From: Paragordius varius
Lineage: Eukaryota > Animalia > Nematomorpha
Assembly (NCBI GenBank): GCA_964247055.1
Contig: OZ176054.1
Coordinates: 9,052,001 to 9,116,000, forward strand
Length of the DNA: 64,000 bases
Direction: 5' to 3'
Part shown: one piece after another, positions 40,368 through 54,245 of the stretch
How the letters are laid out: every line of letters begins with the position of its first letter
How positions within the stretch are numbered: position 1 is the first letter of the stretch
The notes under the pieces: generated by a model
What the model was told of the DNA's origin: nothing
What the model saw: only the letters and a program-made list of their open reading frames with translations
Databases searched by the model: none
Made by a program: the position numbers and the translations under genes

Positions 40368-40407
40368 GTGACTGATGAGTCCACAACAAGGACGAAACGC
40401 GTCTCAC
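40368..40407 (+). ncRNA. Minimal type I hammerhead ribozyme
   Basis: GTGA-CTGATGA-GTCC(ACAACAA)GGAC-GAAA-C(GC)GT-C^-TCAC: complete core, 4-bp stem II, palindromic ACGCGT stem III, GUC cleavage triplet ending at 40403, 4-bp stem I. Confidence 0.88.
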
Positions 40408-40569
40408 AGACCGTGGTAAACACTGTCCTCAAATTATTTGTCATAAAGCCACCTATTGCTTGATAGGAAGTGCTATTACTTCTAATTCCGATGGTAGGCT
40501 AAGAAAATAATCTCCGTGACCTGTTTTATATTTAATATAAAGATGGCGGTTCTAATATAAAAATGGCTT

Positions 40570-40923
40570 ATTTTATGCAAAAATTTATTATATATTCATT
40601 CATCTAAAAATAAAATTTTTCCAAAAACCACTTTTTTATTTCAAATTAAATTTTTCCAATTCAACAAATTTATTAATTTATAAATGTTTTTAATGGAATT
40701 CCTAATTAATAACCCAGAAAACCTATATATTTTTCATTTAAGTGTTAAAATCTTATAGATAAATAATTTTTAATAAATTAATAAAATACCCTTTCTAAAC
40801 GATTAAAATGAAAACTTGTTGAATGTAGAAAATAGGTTAAAAATGATAAAATGAATGATATACGATTTGATTGAAAGTTAAAAAGAAAACAAAAAGGTTA
40901 AAGGCAACTTGATGTGCAAATGG
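40570..40923. mobile_element. Truncated copy of the 21-bp-arm MITE
   Basis: Same interior (AAAAACCACTTT..CAAA) and right end GTGCAAATGG-TA; left arm missing. Confidence 0.65.
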
Positions 40924-41891
40924 TATATTTATTAAACACCATTTTTGTTTTTTTTATAATTAATCTCCAACTGCCACCATGTCCGCTTATAGTTAACAAA
41001 CATCATCGGCGCTTAACTTTTATATTTATTTGATCGATATGTATTATTGGGAAATTCCGTAATTTATACGATATTACGCATAGAATTTTATATATTTATT
41101 AATATATGATTAATATATAAACGTTTTGCACTATAACTAAAAAAGTTAAAAATACTGATGATCTGCCGTTTTTTATATTTTGCATTTGATCCCAGAATTT
41201 GTGAATTCTGTAGGCCATCGACTCTACCTATATAATTAAGAAACCAACACGTACAAGAGGAAGTCTCGAATTTTACACACTATTATCATATATCATGAAT
41301 ATTACAATTTGTGTTCTTAAACACGTATTCTCAAAAACACTTCAAGAACATTTCGAGTTCGTCCCTGTAGATTTTCTTTTTACTCGTAACTTCAAACTAA
41401 ATATCATTCATCTATCCTATATTTTCAAATAATTATCTGCCTATTTTCATTTAGAAACAGTTTTTTATATTTATTTTTAAAAATTATTTAAATTAAAAGG
41501 TTTAATCGCGTATCAAAAATATATATGTTGTTTGCATTTTTTTGTCCATAACATTGATAAGTTAACAAGATTTTTGAATCGGAAAAAATTAGTCCAAAAC
41601 AAAAAAAGTTGTTTAATGGAAAAATGTTAATTAAGTGAAAAATATAATAATATAGATGTTAATAAAAAATAATAAAATAGATAAATACATGCAATTATGG
41701 TCATACGCAATAATTAAGGACCAGCTTGAAATGTTTAATGACCATGAAGTGTTAAAAAACACCGAGTGTTAAAGGACACTCTTGAAGTCAAATGGTGTGT
41801 TGTTCAAATCGTCTCTAAAAGAGTATTTTAGAAAATTACATAAATATGAATAATATTTATCCAATTTATTTTTATAATAACAAAATATCAA

Positions 41892-42241
41892 TTATATAAA
41901 TAAAAGTTGCATAATTTGTTCTGGTGTCTTCAGAAATATGTTGGACGCTAGGAGTGAATGATTAATTTTTTCAATGTACTGAAATAATTGCTTGTTCTTT
42001 TCGTCTCCATCATTTTCCATATTTGGTAAGGTCAAAATTGTGTAAATGATTTCGTAATTTTTTGTAATCAAATTTTGACCATTGGTTAGAATAATATCTC
42101 TATTAAAATAGAATATTTCTTAAGATAGGTTTTAGAAATGTAAAGAAATTACACATGTCATTGATCAAAAATAAAAAAATAAATTAAAAATTTATTTAAA
42201 AATTAGGAACTAATAAATATTTTAATCCCTATCAATATAAA

Positions 42242-42279
<38 letters not shown>

Positions 42280-45200
42280 AAGATTTGTATTATTTTATAT
42301 GGCTACGCTTATCTTTAAAAAATAATTAATTTTGATTTATAATTTTAAATAATATTATATATGTATAGCATTTAAATTTGTTATATATGCGATAACAAAT
42401 TCGGGAGTTTTAACATTACAAGACAATCAAAAAAATTTTACCGGACAAAGATTATTATAGTAATAAAATAAACATACCTTATATTTATATCGTGCAATGA
42501 CGCAATTTCCTTCAAAATATATAAATCAGGGGCCGATAAGTATTGATCAAAAAGCAAAAAACTAGAGACATTATAATTGACTAAATCAGGCACGTCTATA
42601 TTAGCTGTTACGTTTGTTGACGCTTCACCTTGGGTTTCTTGATGATCATTTTTATATAATTGATTTAAAGTCGCAAGTATGATGGTTAATCCAGTTTTTG
42701 CAAATACATGTTCATATTGTGCATATGATAGATAATCAATGCACTCTGAATACTTGATCTAATTTGGGTAAAATAATTATGGGTGTATTAAGTCATCGAT
42801 TATGCTGTTTCGTAAAAGTAATTATTCAAAAGCGATATTTAAATTATTTAAAAAATTATAGGTGAAATGTGGTCCAAAATATTTTTTTAATCAGACGATT
42901 AAACAATTAATTCTGTTTCAATAAAAAACAAATTTTTTGCTTTATGTTATAAAAAATATTTGAAGAATGTTAACAGAGAAAAAATTCATTGTTCACGTTA
43001 ATAATTACTTTAATTTTCAAATCATCGAGTGTCTTATGAATGTAAGTGTTTAAGGCATTTTCCATTAATAGGAGTTCATTAAATTCCGAAGTAACGTAAT
43101 AATATGAATTAAGTGTATTCGCAGCTTTCTTAACATTTAACTTAATTGATGTTTCATCCCCACATATATATCGCACGAGTGTTGGCGTAAGCATTTCCAT
43201 TATCTTAAACGGTCAAATAGTTAAAATTATTTTAAAAATATGCTATATATTAACAAAGATATAATGATCATTTAGGTATGATGATTAAATAAGAAAATAA
43301 CAATTGAGATCCTATAAAAAATTAGTCAAATAATTATAAATTTTGATACATAAATATAAAACTGCGTTACGATTTAGCCTTTTAGGAAATTTTACATAGA
43401 AAAATATAACTTAATGGACTATAAATAAAAATGTTTGATTAAAATTCTTCGAAATAAGATTTTCAATAACAATATAAAACACCATTCATAATATATTAAT
43501 CATTTTTGCAATTAAACTATACTACACACAAAATATATGGAGAAAAAGTTAATAAAATAACCCTACCTCTATAAAATCATTATTCTTGTTTAATTCAAAT
43601 TCGTTCGTAGTATCAACACTTAATTGTAAAGGCAAAAGAGAATTTTTTGCGGCTTCAAAAATCCCTTTCAATAGCGCTGTAATTTCAAACAGTCCTTTGT
43701 TGTGTGCGTCCGATTTCAAAGTATGGACAAATTCCTCAGTCTAATGAAAGTTTAATTATATTATAATAATTATATTTAAGATTAAAATTATAAAGACATA
43801 ATATATAATTGATAAACTAATGCTTCACAGAAATCCATATTTACAAAAAGGTTTTACATATACTATTTATACCTCAAATTCACCCTTAACCATAAATTCA
43901 ACATTAAAAAAATATGTGTTTTTGGGTAAACATATTATTGTGATGAAATATTTGTGAGATAGTTCTTCATTTTTATTGTATTTATATAAATTCTAAACAA
44001 AATTTGGTTTTTTTTCATATAGTTATTATTTGATTTTCAAAACAAAACTTATTTTCTAGGTGAATTCGAAACAAGAGTTTTGTGATGTAAAGTGTAAAAA
44101 AAATATTTTCGGTTCGAAATTAAAACATATTAAACAAATCTCTTATTTATTTAACTATTTGGGTTCTACTCAATATATAAACATACATCTACATAAAACA
44201 AAAAGTACCAAGATGTTATCATTAGATGACTGAGCGAAAATACATGCTTCAGACTGCTTAACAAAATATTTGAGCAAAGATTTAAGTTTTGCCATGCAAA
44301 ATTTAATCAAATCCGTCAAAGTGGAATTAAATTGGATCCAGTTTGGATTTACATGAAACATAGGCGGCTGATCACTATTTATATCGTCGCTATTGCTAGA
44401 TATTTTTGCGCAGATATGAGGGGAAAACACATGATGAACGTAAAATTTTAACAAATTCAATAATTTATAGAGGATAATGAGATCTGATTCACCAGCAATG
44501 ATTTGTTCGATCCGCACCTATATAATATTATATTATTGAAAAAGCGTAAATGGTATGTAAAATGAACATCTACGATATATATGTTCAAAATTAACTGTTT
44601 AAACGATGATATATATAGCATATTATAAAATACTTTATCTACATATAAAATTAAGTTCAAAATGTGTAAAAGTTATTTAACATTTGGATATATTTAAAAA
44701 AACATTATCAAAATAATAATATATTTTTATAAATTTAGAAAATATTTTTGCATACTTTCAGATTTGGACAAATTCCCTCAACAATATTTCCCAAATAATT
44801 GGATATGGTATCTTTATAATCGTCTAAAATAATAATTGACGGAATTAGATTATTTTGATAAAAATATGACAATATAAAAATTTTGAAAAAATTTCATCCA
44901 AAATTTTAAATTACAACAAATTTTTGTAATATTTGAAAACTTTGAAGTTTATTACAAAGATATCGTAACAAAATTCTTTTTCAAGTTTATAAAAATGATA
45001 GTAATCGTATATTTTAGCTAACATTGCTTATTTTAAAATAAAATTTATTATGGTTTGATTTTTTGATTTTAATTTTTTTAAAAAGATACTAATATACTCA
45101 ACAATTGTTACCATTGGTGGTATTATAATTAATTTCGCCAATATAAATTTATACAAATTTAGGCCCGCTTATAAAAGTAATATGTTATTATAGAATTTCT

Positions 45201-47257
45201 AATAATGATAAGCACAAGATATATTATATCCATTAAAGAGATTGACAAAATTGACGTATAGAAATATATTAATGCATATAAACATTCCAAATAGTAGTAT
45301 AGAAGGCATGTAGAAATGGTATATAAAATTACTGTATTATTTGATTTATGAAAAAATTATACCCTTTAATCCCTGTAAAAATAATGTTAAAATTTCTTGC
45401 TCAACCAGAGATTGGGCGTGGACCCAGGCCCAAATGTCTCCCGAATATCTAATGGGATCATGGACATGTAATTCAATTGGTTTTGGTACACCATGAGGAC
45501 CTTTTATTTTACAGCAAAAAATGGTATCAAAAAAATATCATAAAAATAAAAAAATGATATAGTTTTTTTAATTACAAAGGAGGTGTATAGCATAAATTTT
45601 TACACAATACATTATGGCTATTGTTTTATTTATTAGGGTAAAACGTACTTTTTCTCTTTTAATTTTAGTTAACACTGTAAAATTATTATACACTTTGTAA
45701 AATATTTAACTGTTAAATCTTTATTGGTAATACTCGCTTTTTCACCGCATATTTTATAAAAATTAAAACGTAATTCTTGGTTGGAATATGCACAAAAAAA
45801 TATTTAATATCTAAATTTCATGATTCATAAGTTTCAACATACATTATACATACCATATATATAGTTTAATATTTGAAAATGGGATACAGATAATTATAAA
45901 ACTCATTAAATAAATTTATTAATAAATTTGAAAATTCCTTATATACCTCCTTGCGTAAGCGCCTTAATAAAATTTGATGAAAAATTAGATTTTCTAATCG
46001 TTATATAATCGTTCTCGATTATTTCCATATATTTCTTATAATAATCGGCATTTGTTTTGGAATGTTCTTTAATATATTGTAAAGCATTCGTGACAATGGG
46101 ATCTGAAACGGCCATTTCCATGGAAAAATTTCGTAATTCATCTAAATAATTATACTCTTTTATGCAGTAATAATAATAAATTTGTATGTTATTGATATCA
46201 TGATAAATTCAATTTGTATTTGATGGAATTAGAATTTTTAATTGCTATCTATATATATGTATATATACAGTATGCATTTTAATAGTTGCTTATTTCACAC
46301 TATAGTTGGGCAATTTGCAACACAGTTATGTATGGAAAAAGGGAACATATTTAATAAACAAATTTTTGCTTTCTTTTTCCATGCATTACTGTGTTGCAAA
46401 TATACATAGTTTATTTTAGTTACATTATAAAAATCATTGAATATTCATAATCTTAAAGAGTAATATTATAAATATACTTTTAAGCCATTTTAATAACTTT
46501 TCATAAGCCAGCCTGGTCCAAAGTACAATCGATTGAAATAACTGGGTATCATTTAATAAATTTTCTAGGTTGGATAGATCAACTTTCTGCCCAAAATTTA
46601 TATTCTCGTCATTTTTCAAAAGGTCAGAAAACGTTAACGCGTCAGCTGCAGTTAATTTTTTCAATTTGTCAAGCAATACAAAAAAGCTCTAGATTATTAT
46701 AGATTTATATATGATTACCTCATTTATTAAAATTGAAGAATCGGTAATTAAATGCTTATCATTTTCGGTAATTAAATAGGTATTAGTTAGTATATTAATT
46801 GCATTTCGTTTATTAATTAATTCCTCTCTTAATATAATATATAATATTGAACTTTTCTTTGAGCATTGAATGGACATGTTTTAGCGACTCATATTCCATT
46901 TGGTTATTCTAAGATAAAAAAAATTAGACTAACTTTCATGAAGCTTTGAAAATTTAATACAGCGTTTAATAATGACTCAAATTTTTCGTTAAAGGAATTT
47001 ATATTCTAAACAAATGTATAATTAAATACCGCCTGAATATCAAAAATTATGTCTAACTCTTTATTCATACATTTAACCCGTAATTCCTCAATCTGTCTGT
47101 CTATATCATCGTCAACATTTATGGAAGCCGTTTCAAAAGTTTGAAAAACTTTAACTAAGTCCTAAAATTAAATAATTGAATTAACCTCATTAAGCGATAT
47201 TTTAAGTACATTTTGCGCTTGTTTAATGATAGGATTTTCATAATCTGCAATATCCAT
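41892..47257 (-). CDS. COG6: Conserved oligomeric Golgi complex subunit 6
   Basis: Exons 47257-47186, 47161-47030, 47005-46934, 46908-46853, 46827-46719, 46688-46478, 46141-45947, 45500-45363, 44823-44756, 44517-44209, 43740-43567, 43203-42997, 42758-42478, 42099-41892 splice in frame. COG6 motifs: [89 protein letters not shown]. Confidence 0.93.
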
Positions 47258-47522
47258 TGTGGTTATAAGCACAATAAACCCTAAAATGAATAAGCTAGAG
47301 TTTTAGACACATAAAATAGGTTTTTTAACCATATGATAACATGCAATTATAGTATAACAGGCGATAACTCAGGTTTTATTATATTTTTGAACGTGCAATT
47401 GCACGCTAAACGGGGTGTAATATCGTGAAAAATTAAATCAAAAATGATGTATCTATTTTGTGGGCCTTTAAATCATAATATTATTTTTTCGCAATCGCTC
47501 TCGAAAAAAGGCTCACTAATAA

Positions 47523-48624
47523 CACTGCTCAACAAGGTTTTGCACCACCCCAATGTTTTTGCATTTTCTGATGCCTAATGGCATGGAAAGGCCAAAACAA
47601 AAAAGAAAATTGAGGCCACCAATAGGATTTTTCCAAAATTTAATTTTTAAATTTGTATTTAATTCAAAAATAACAATCATTTCTCGTGTACATATGTTAA
47701 AATATTCAAACAAGCAAGTCGATACAAGTAATATTCCATGCATGGATAACAAATTCTCAAAGTATTAAAAATCTAAAAGGGGCTTATGTATAGTGTGATA
47801 GATATGGGCGGCTGCACAAGCTCTGCATATCCCCCAAGCGATCCTATAATTATGCCAGATATGGCAAAGATAACAATAAGTAATCGTAAAGTCCGATAAG
47901 AGAGACCAAGCAAAATCGTGGCAAATTGACATGTCAAATTAACCAATTTACAGAATAAAGTTAGATAAATTCTACAATTAAATTGAATATAAATTAGGTA
48001 AATACAAATGGTCCAACCCCATAACAGTAAATTTTACTAAAAGTGGCTACACAACATCCATCTGAAATTCAAAATACAAAACAACCAATAATTTTAAAAA
48101 AATAAGGTATATCCACTAGGTATAAATAAAGGATTTTTTATAAGAACCAACTCAAGAGAAAAAGTCTAATAAGTACTCGAAAGAACGAAATCTAACAAAA
48201 AAATATAGCCTATCGAAAGCCGAAGGTTTAAGCCATAGAATGCCTTTTTTAGTATTTTTTTAAAAAAAATTTATATGTGTTAAAAATTTACTTGAAAAAA
48301 AAGACTAAATTTTCACGTTTAAGTCCGTACTATTTTTTTCTCTCTGATATTTAAATGACATATTTATATTCAAAAGATAGAGTTTAAAACGCTTTATTAA
48401 ATGATATTAATTTTATAATATAATAACATTTTATTATAAAGTTATATTTAATTTTCTCTCGATTTTCTCTTGTTTTTGAAAAATTGAAAAACCTATAAAA
48501 TTTCAAAATTCTGATTGGCGGGATCAAAATTTTTTTCAAATTCGGTTTTAAAACACTGAAATTAGTCATAATTTAAAAAGTTTGAGTGGTGGTGCTTAAT
48601 AATGTCCAAATTTGTCGACTAGTG
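47523..48624 (+). mobile_element. Non-autonomous Tc1-like DNA element, copy 2 (shorter, inverted relative to 29250-30702)
   Basis: Ends AA-CACTGCTCAACAA / TTGTCGACTAGTG-TA; reverse-complement match to copy 1 over most of its length. Confidence 0.7.
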
Positions 48625-48779
48625 TAATTAAACACATTCATTTCAGACTTTCAATTCTGATTGTGGTCATTGGTGACCCCAGGATTGTTTAAAACCAATT
48701 ATTTAAAATATTAAATATCTGCAATATTTTGCACTTACACTGCGTTCAAAATTGGGGGGGAGGGTAAAAATATAACCTC

Positions 48780-48782
<3 letters not shown>

Positions 48783-48828
<46 letters not shown>
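48783..48828. repeat. (TA)n microsatellite
   Basis: Direct reading. Confidence 0.95.
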
Positions 48829-48829
<1 letters not shown>

Positions 48830-48830
<1 letters not shown>

Positions 48831-50200
48831 TGATAGGGAAATGTATCAGAATTATCATGGTGTTTTTGGTTACCTTTACGAGTGATATAAGAAAGTTATT
48901 TATAATTTTGTAATAAGTGCTGCGTTTCAGAAAATAGCAAAATTTTAAGCACACTCATTAAATAAATTTTTTGGAGAAAGCTGAATGCTTCATTCCAAAA
49001 GTCCCAAATTTTTCTTACAAACGCAAAAATTCTATTGCGCGATAAAACTATATATATATATATATATATATATTACCAAAACTATGTTTTAGCGTATTTT
49101 ATACTATTTTTGCGATAATAGAAACGATATAAAAACGCTTTTATATATTATAACACTTTTAATCTATAATTTGATGATAACATTTCCACCGCTTCAGAAT
49201 TATAAAGGTTAATTTACTCTTAAATTTTGGTGAATTGTTTTAAAAAAACACAATTTATATTTAATAAATTTACGCACGAAGAAATTAATCAAAATTTTGA
49301 GGTGATAAAAAGTGTTTTAATATCAAAAAGCGTTTTTACGTTTCCATCATGCCTGATAGGATAAGTACGATAAAAAACAAAATTCCTAAATTTTAAATTT
49401 TTGTAAAAAACATGCATTTTTCAAATGTTTTTACTTGATATCATTAGCATTTAAAATTTAGAGCGCAAGCTCTGCGCGTTTATTTTAAGAAAACAACCAA
49501 TGAAGAGCAAAAAAAATTGGAATTTTTGGAGCCCACATCAAAAATTAAATTTTTTAGAAATAGTGTTTTGCTATTTATATGTATTTTATTATACATTTTA
49601 CTGATATTTTTGGAAATGAAGCATTTAATTTTCACCAAAAAATTTTATTTGAAAAATATGGGCAAATTTTGCTATTTTTTGATATCAAGCACTGCCACAA
49701 AAGTGTGTCTCATAAAACACTTATAAGCCCCAAAACCAAGAGGACCATGAGATTCCTTATACATTTTTCTACCTGTATGTATATATATTTCATTATGATG
49801 TTTGTATACTGTATATTTATTCTGGTATCGCCCCTAAGAGGGATTAAAAAAAAGTTATTTACACTTTTGTGGTAAGTGCTCCATAGAAAATGGCAAAATA
49901 CATTTCTTTAAATAAAATTTTTTCGGTCAAAGCTAAAAATGTTTCTCAAAAAAAAACTAAAATATAATCATAAATGCTTATTAAAAGCAAAACGATAATT
50001 TTAAAAAAAAATTAATTTTTAGAAATGGGCCACAAAAGTTCCAAATTTTTTTGCTTTTAAAGCTAGAATAAGCGCAAAAATGCCGAGATTGCGCCATAAA
50101 TATTTTAAATATGCTAAATTTAATATAAATAAAATTATACATATCTTTCTTTAAAATCTATATTTTAGAGAAATTTGCTGAAACGCATTTCTTACTCTTT
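48830..50200. repeat. Unclassified interspersed repeat, same family as 19960-21100; ends approximate
   Basis: Blocks like AAAATTGGAATTTTTGGAGCCCACATC and ATCATGGTGTTTTTGGTT match the other copies. Confidence 0.5.
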
Positions 50201-53200
50201 TAAATGGTGGAGAAATTTTCATTAAAAACTAAGTTCAATTTTAGCGTTAGAATCAAACAAACACGATTGTCAGCGAAAATGTTGTAAAATAAAAAAGGCG
50301 TTGAAGCAGTTTGATATGAAGCTTTTTTTCAAAACTATTAGATATTTACATAATTTTTATGGATTGAGGCTAAATTAAAATTGGAATCATCCCCTTCAGT
50401 ATTTTTAATAATATTAATTTAATATGGTCTGGGCTCACTAGTTAGCCCAATTTAAATCGCACTATTAAAGCTATCTAAATTTAATAAATCAACACAACTA
50501 TTTGACCAAAAAACAATGTTAGATCAAAAGTAGAAATATCTCAAACACACCCTCATATTCTATTTAGAACTATTATATGGAACTGAAATCAAAAATAAAA
50601 ACTGTTCAGTCTCCTATTCCTCATGTTTGATATTTTTTCGTATTTTATATTACCCATCATTTTAAAGCATTTCGTTTTTGGATGCATTAATCTCAATCAA
50701 TTAAAATACCTTGTTACAAATTTAAATAAATCACATTTTGGCTTCTGCAACCAGGAAACATACATAAAACTGTGATGGATTTAAGGTCCTATATGATTTT
50801 AGTAAATTATCAATAGATTTTGTTTATGTTTTGTAGATTTTTGGGTTATGGATATATATAAAAATGCAAAAATCATATCCATTTAATTAAGAACAACAAA
50901 ATCGGAACCGTAACCACTTTGTCTTTCAAAAACGTAAACTGAAACGAATGATGAGACTACAAAAATGACTTGGAACTCCAATCTTTGGAACTAAAAAACG
51001 GACAACACGTAAAAACTAAAAGGCAAATATTTTTTAATAATGACACCCTACTTTTTAAACCTTGATTTTTTCCACATAATTTCATGCAATTTTGAATTAC
51101 ATAATTCGGTGTATCAACACTTCATGCTTACAATTTTGTATCTGGACTACTGTTTTGAAAGTTATTTAATTATAATTTAATTATCAAACATTGTTCTCTG
51201 GTATTAGATAAAAAAAACTCCTAATTGTTTTTTTACAATTTGGTGAATTCTAGGGACTAAAATTAGGATAGTGCAAAACATGATTAAAAACAACTAAAAT
51301 CAATTGGTAGAATCTAACCCGAAATCTTAAGTTAATTAATAAGATTCAACCATAATATACAATTATTTGCCTATTGTTTTAGCGATTAAAAAAATAAAAA
51401 AAATAGCGGCGAAAAAGTTTAATATGCGGATTTTTTTGCAATTATTAAAAAAAATAACGGTATAAAAATTTATTACCTATTATTATATGCATAATAAATA
51501 AAGTTACTCTCACTCCGTTCTGTTATCACTTTAACATTTTAAATATTGAACGGCCAAAAATAAAGAACTTTTAAAATTATTAGGTTTTGCTTTTTCATAC
51601 CTATCTTAATAACTTTTACTTTGGGAAATATATATTAATATAAGTTGATCCATTTTAAAATATTTTTATTTTGTGATAATTACAATAAAATAAGAAGAAA
51701 AATAAAATAATTAACTTTTAATTACACCTAAATAATAATTATTAAAAATTTCATGAACTGTAAAGAAAAGCGTTGAATATGGAATTAACCGAGATAACTT
51801 TGTGACACAACTTATAAAGATCTATTTATCATCTGTGGGAAATATGTTCTTAGAAGATATTTATTTTATGAAAAACTATAAATATTAAATAAATCATATC
51901 TAAAATGTTTATTATTTAAACTTTCAATTAGTTTTTTTTGTGAAAATAACCCAAAAATCTTAATATAGTAAATTAATATAGTCTGATATATAAAAGAAAC
52001 GATTAACTATATATTATGATACAAAAATTATTAATTATATGAGGATGAAAATCATGTAAAAGTTTGACATATACATAAGATCAAATTGACCGTTAATATT
52101 AATTTTAATAAGGTGATTAAAATTTAAAACAGTTAATTTAAATTGTAAAAATATTTTATAAGTAATATTTTGTTTCGATCTTTAAAGTATAGGGTTGTGT
52201 TTATTTTAACTTAGGTCGTCTGTAATGTTCCATTAATTTTGAAGATTTTGGACACAACCAGTTGCGGCTCTGTACTCTAGTATTTATCACCATTAATTTG
52301 GAAATTAGCCCGGGATGGAACATCACTGGAAACTTTTACTTAATCGCAACGCAATATCCCACAATCCAAAAAATTCCTGAAATTCAATATTCAGTTCTGC
52401 AAATATCAGCGGCTTCAACATTCCATTTTTACCGCCAAACTACTCTTTAAAGTTTTAAAAATTGGTTCATTCTAGTTGACAATTCTTTAACATGTTTCAA
52501 TTTGTCGGGTTTAGTTTAGTCTGTTGTTTTGGGTTACTTTAGTTAATAAGATAGATTTGATGTATATATGTCACTTGATTGTGTTGTAAAATATAGGCCA
52601 TAACATAACATTTAATTACATATTTTTGTAGAATACATTTAACTATACATTGCTATGAAGGCCTAATCATCACTGTCTGCTCTAAGCATGTGAGTGTTTG
52701 AAGCCGTCATGGGTACTTTATTGAATTCAAGTCCTTTATTTTCAAATGAAAAATAGACCATAAATTGTATATATTTAATAGAATGAGAATTATTTTATGA
52801 AAAATATTTATTAATTTTTTAAACTGATTTTTAAATGATTAAATCAGATATTACGCTCCAAGAAACGGAAGGGTTTTTGATCCGGCGCTATTTTTCAAAT
52901 AATTGGTTGACCCGTTTATTAAAGGTGAACTAAATTTTTAAACTATTTCCTAAATTTAGGTCAATATATATAACCCCTAATAATATAAAAAATTTGAATT
53001 GTATTATCAAAAAGTGTTTTAAACTCTAGATATTTTACACATGATTCCAACTGTAAAATAATTAATCATTTATAACTTACCATTTCCTTTAAGGGTGAAA
53101 AGGAACTTTTGCGTGCGGTATTTTGAAAGGGAACAAAATAAATTATTCAAGCAAATTAATTATATTTTTACCGCTCAATACAGAATTGAAAATATGTTAA

Positions 53201-54208
53201 TTTTATTTTTTACGTAGAGCTAATAATTAATATTATATCCCTAATCTATAATTGAATGTTATATAAAGATTAAAGGAAATAATCGGCAAAATAAACTTAT
53301 ATATGCCAGAAGAAAACCTAATTATCAACGAACGTTATATAATAAAAAATAAAAAAATAATGTTGAAAAAAGGCACATTTCTTGCAAGGAAATGTTAATT
53401 GTTTTTCTAACGCATAAAAGGTAATCCTTGATTACAATGGTATTAATATGCAATCATTAGGCACATTTGTGTCTTTATCGTTAATATAAATATTTAAGCT
53501 TTTTAGGGGCGTATTAAAATTTCGTAACTGTGAAAATTTATTACAGAATAATTGTTGATAGACATTGATATATTATTTGCATAAAAGCATTTTAATATTT
53601 TTTTCAAAATATTGAAATAATATAAATTTTTTGCCTAACCACAACAGTACCTTAATGCCTTGGCCCAATTAACACTCGCTACGAATGTGTTTAAAGTTGG
53701 TGGAAGTTTTTTATAAAAACTCTTATTATTATTAATTTCGATATTAAGTATTTCTTGATAAAAAGCATAACTAGATCCTCAATATTAAAACTCTCCAATA
53801 TTATTATATGTGTGCTGATAAAGGTATGACTCGATCGTAATAGATGGATTTTAAATTTAAACGTGATATATTTTATAAAATAAAAAAATATTAAATAGCG
53901 TATGTCGACAGATGAAAAAGTACATAAATTAAGAAGTCAATTTTAATTTCATTATAGAATAATTTAACATTATATATATGACCTATTCAAAATTATTTTA
54001 GGTTAGATCGTTTCAATTACTCCATATTCATATAAATTATTTGAAAGTGTTAATAATCGTTAAAAATATGTTTGCTCAACTATGCATTTTTTTTGATGAG
54101 GTGTATACTATTTATACTCGTAACTGTTTTTTGTTTACCTTTTCAAGAAGATATTCCTAAAACGAGAATATCTAAAAAAACTATTTAATATAAGTCAACT
54201 TTAGATCT

Positions 54209-54245
<37 letters not shown>

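Noticed and set aside
50938-50975. TGATGAG near GAAAC as a second hammerhead
   Set aside because: The core is incomplete (no CTGATGA) and the flanking stems do not pair; other CTGATGA hits (23983, 24867, 33252, 41155) lack stem II plus GAAA.
52200-52460. ORF 52262-52450 as an exon of the ZP gene or a separate gene
   Set aside because: No convincing splice phase link or homology on either strand.
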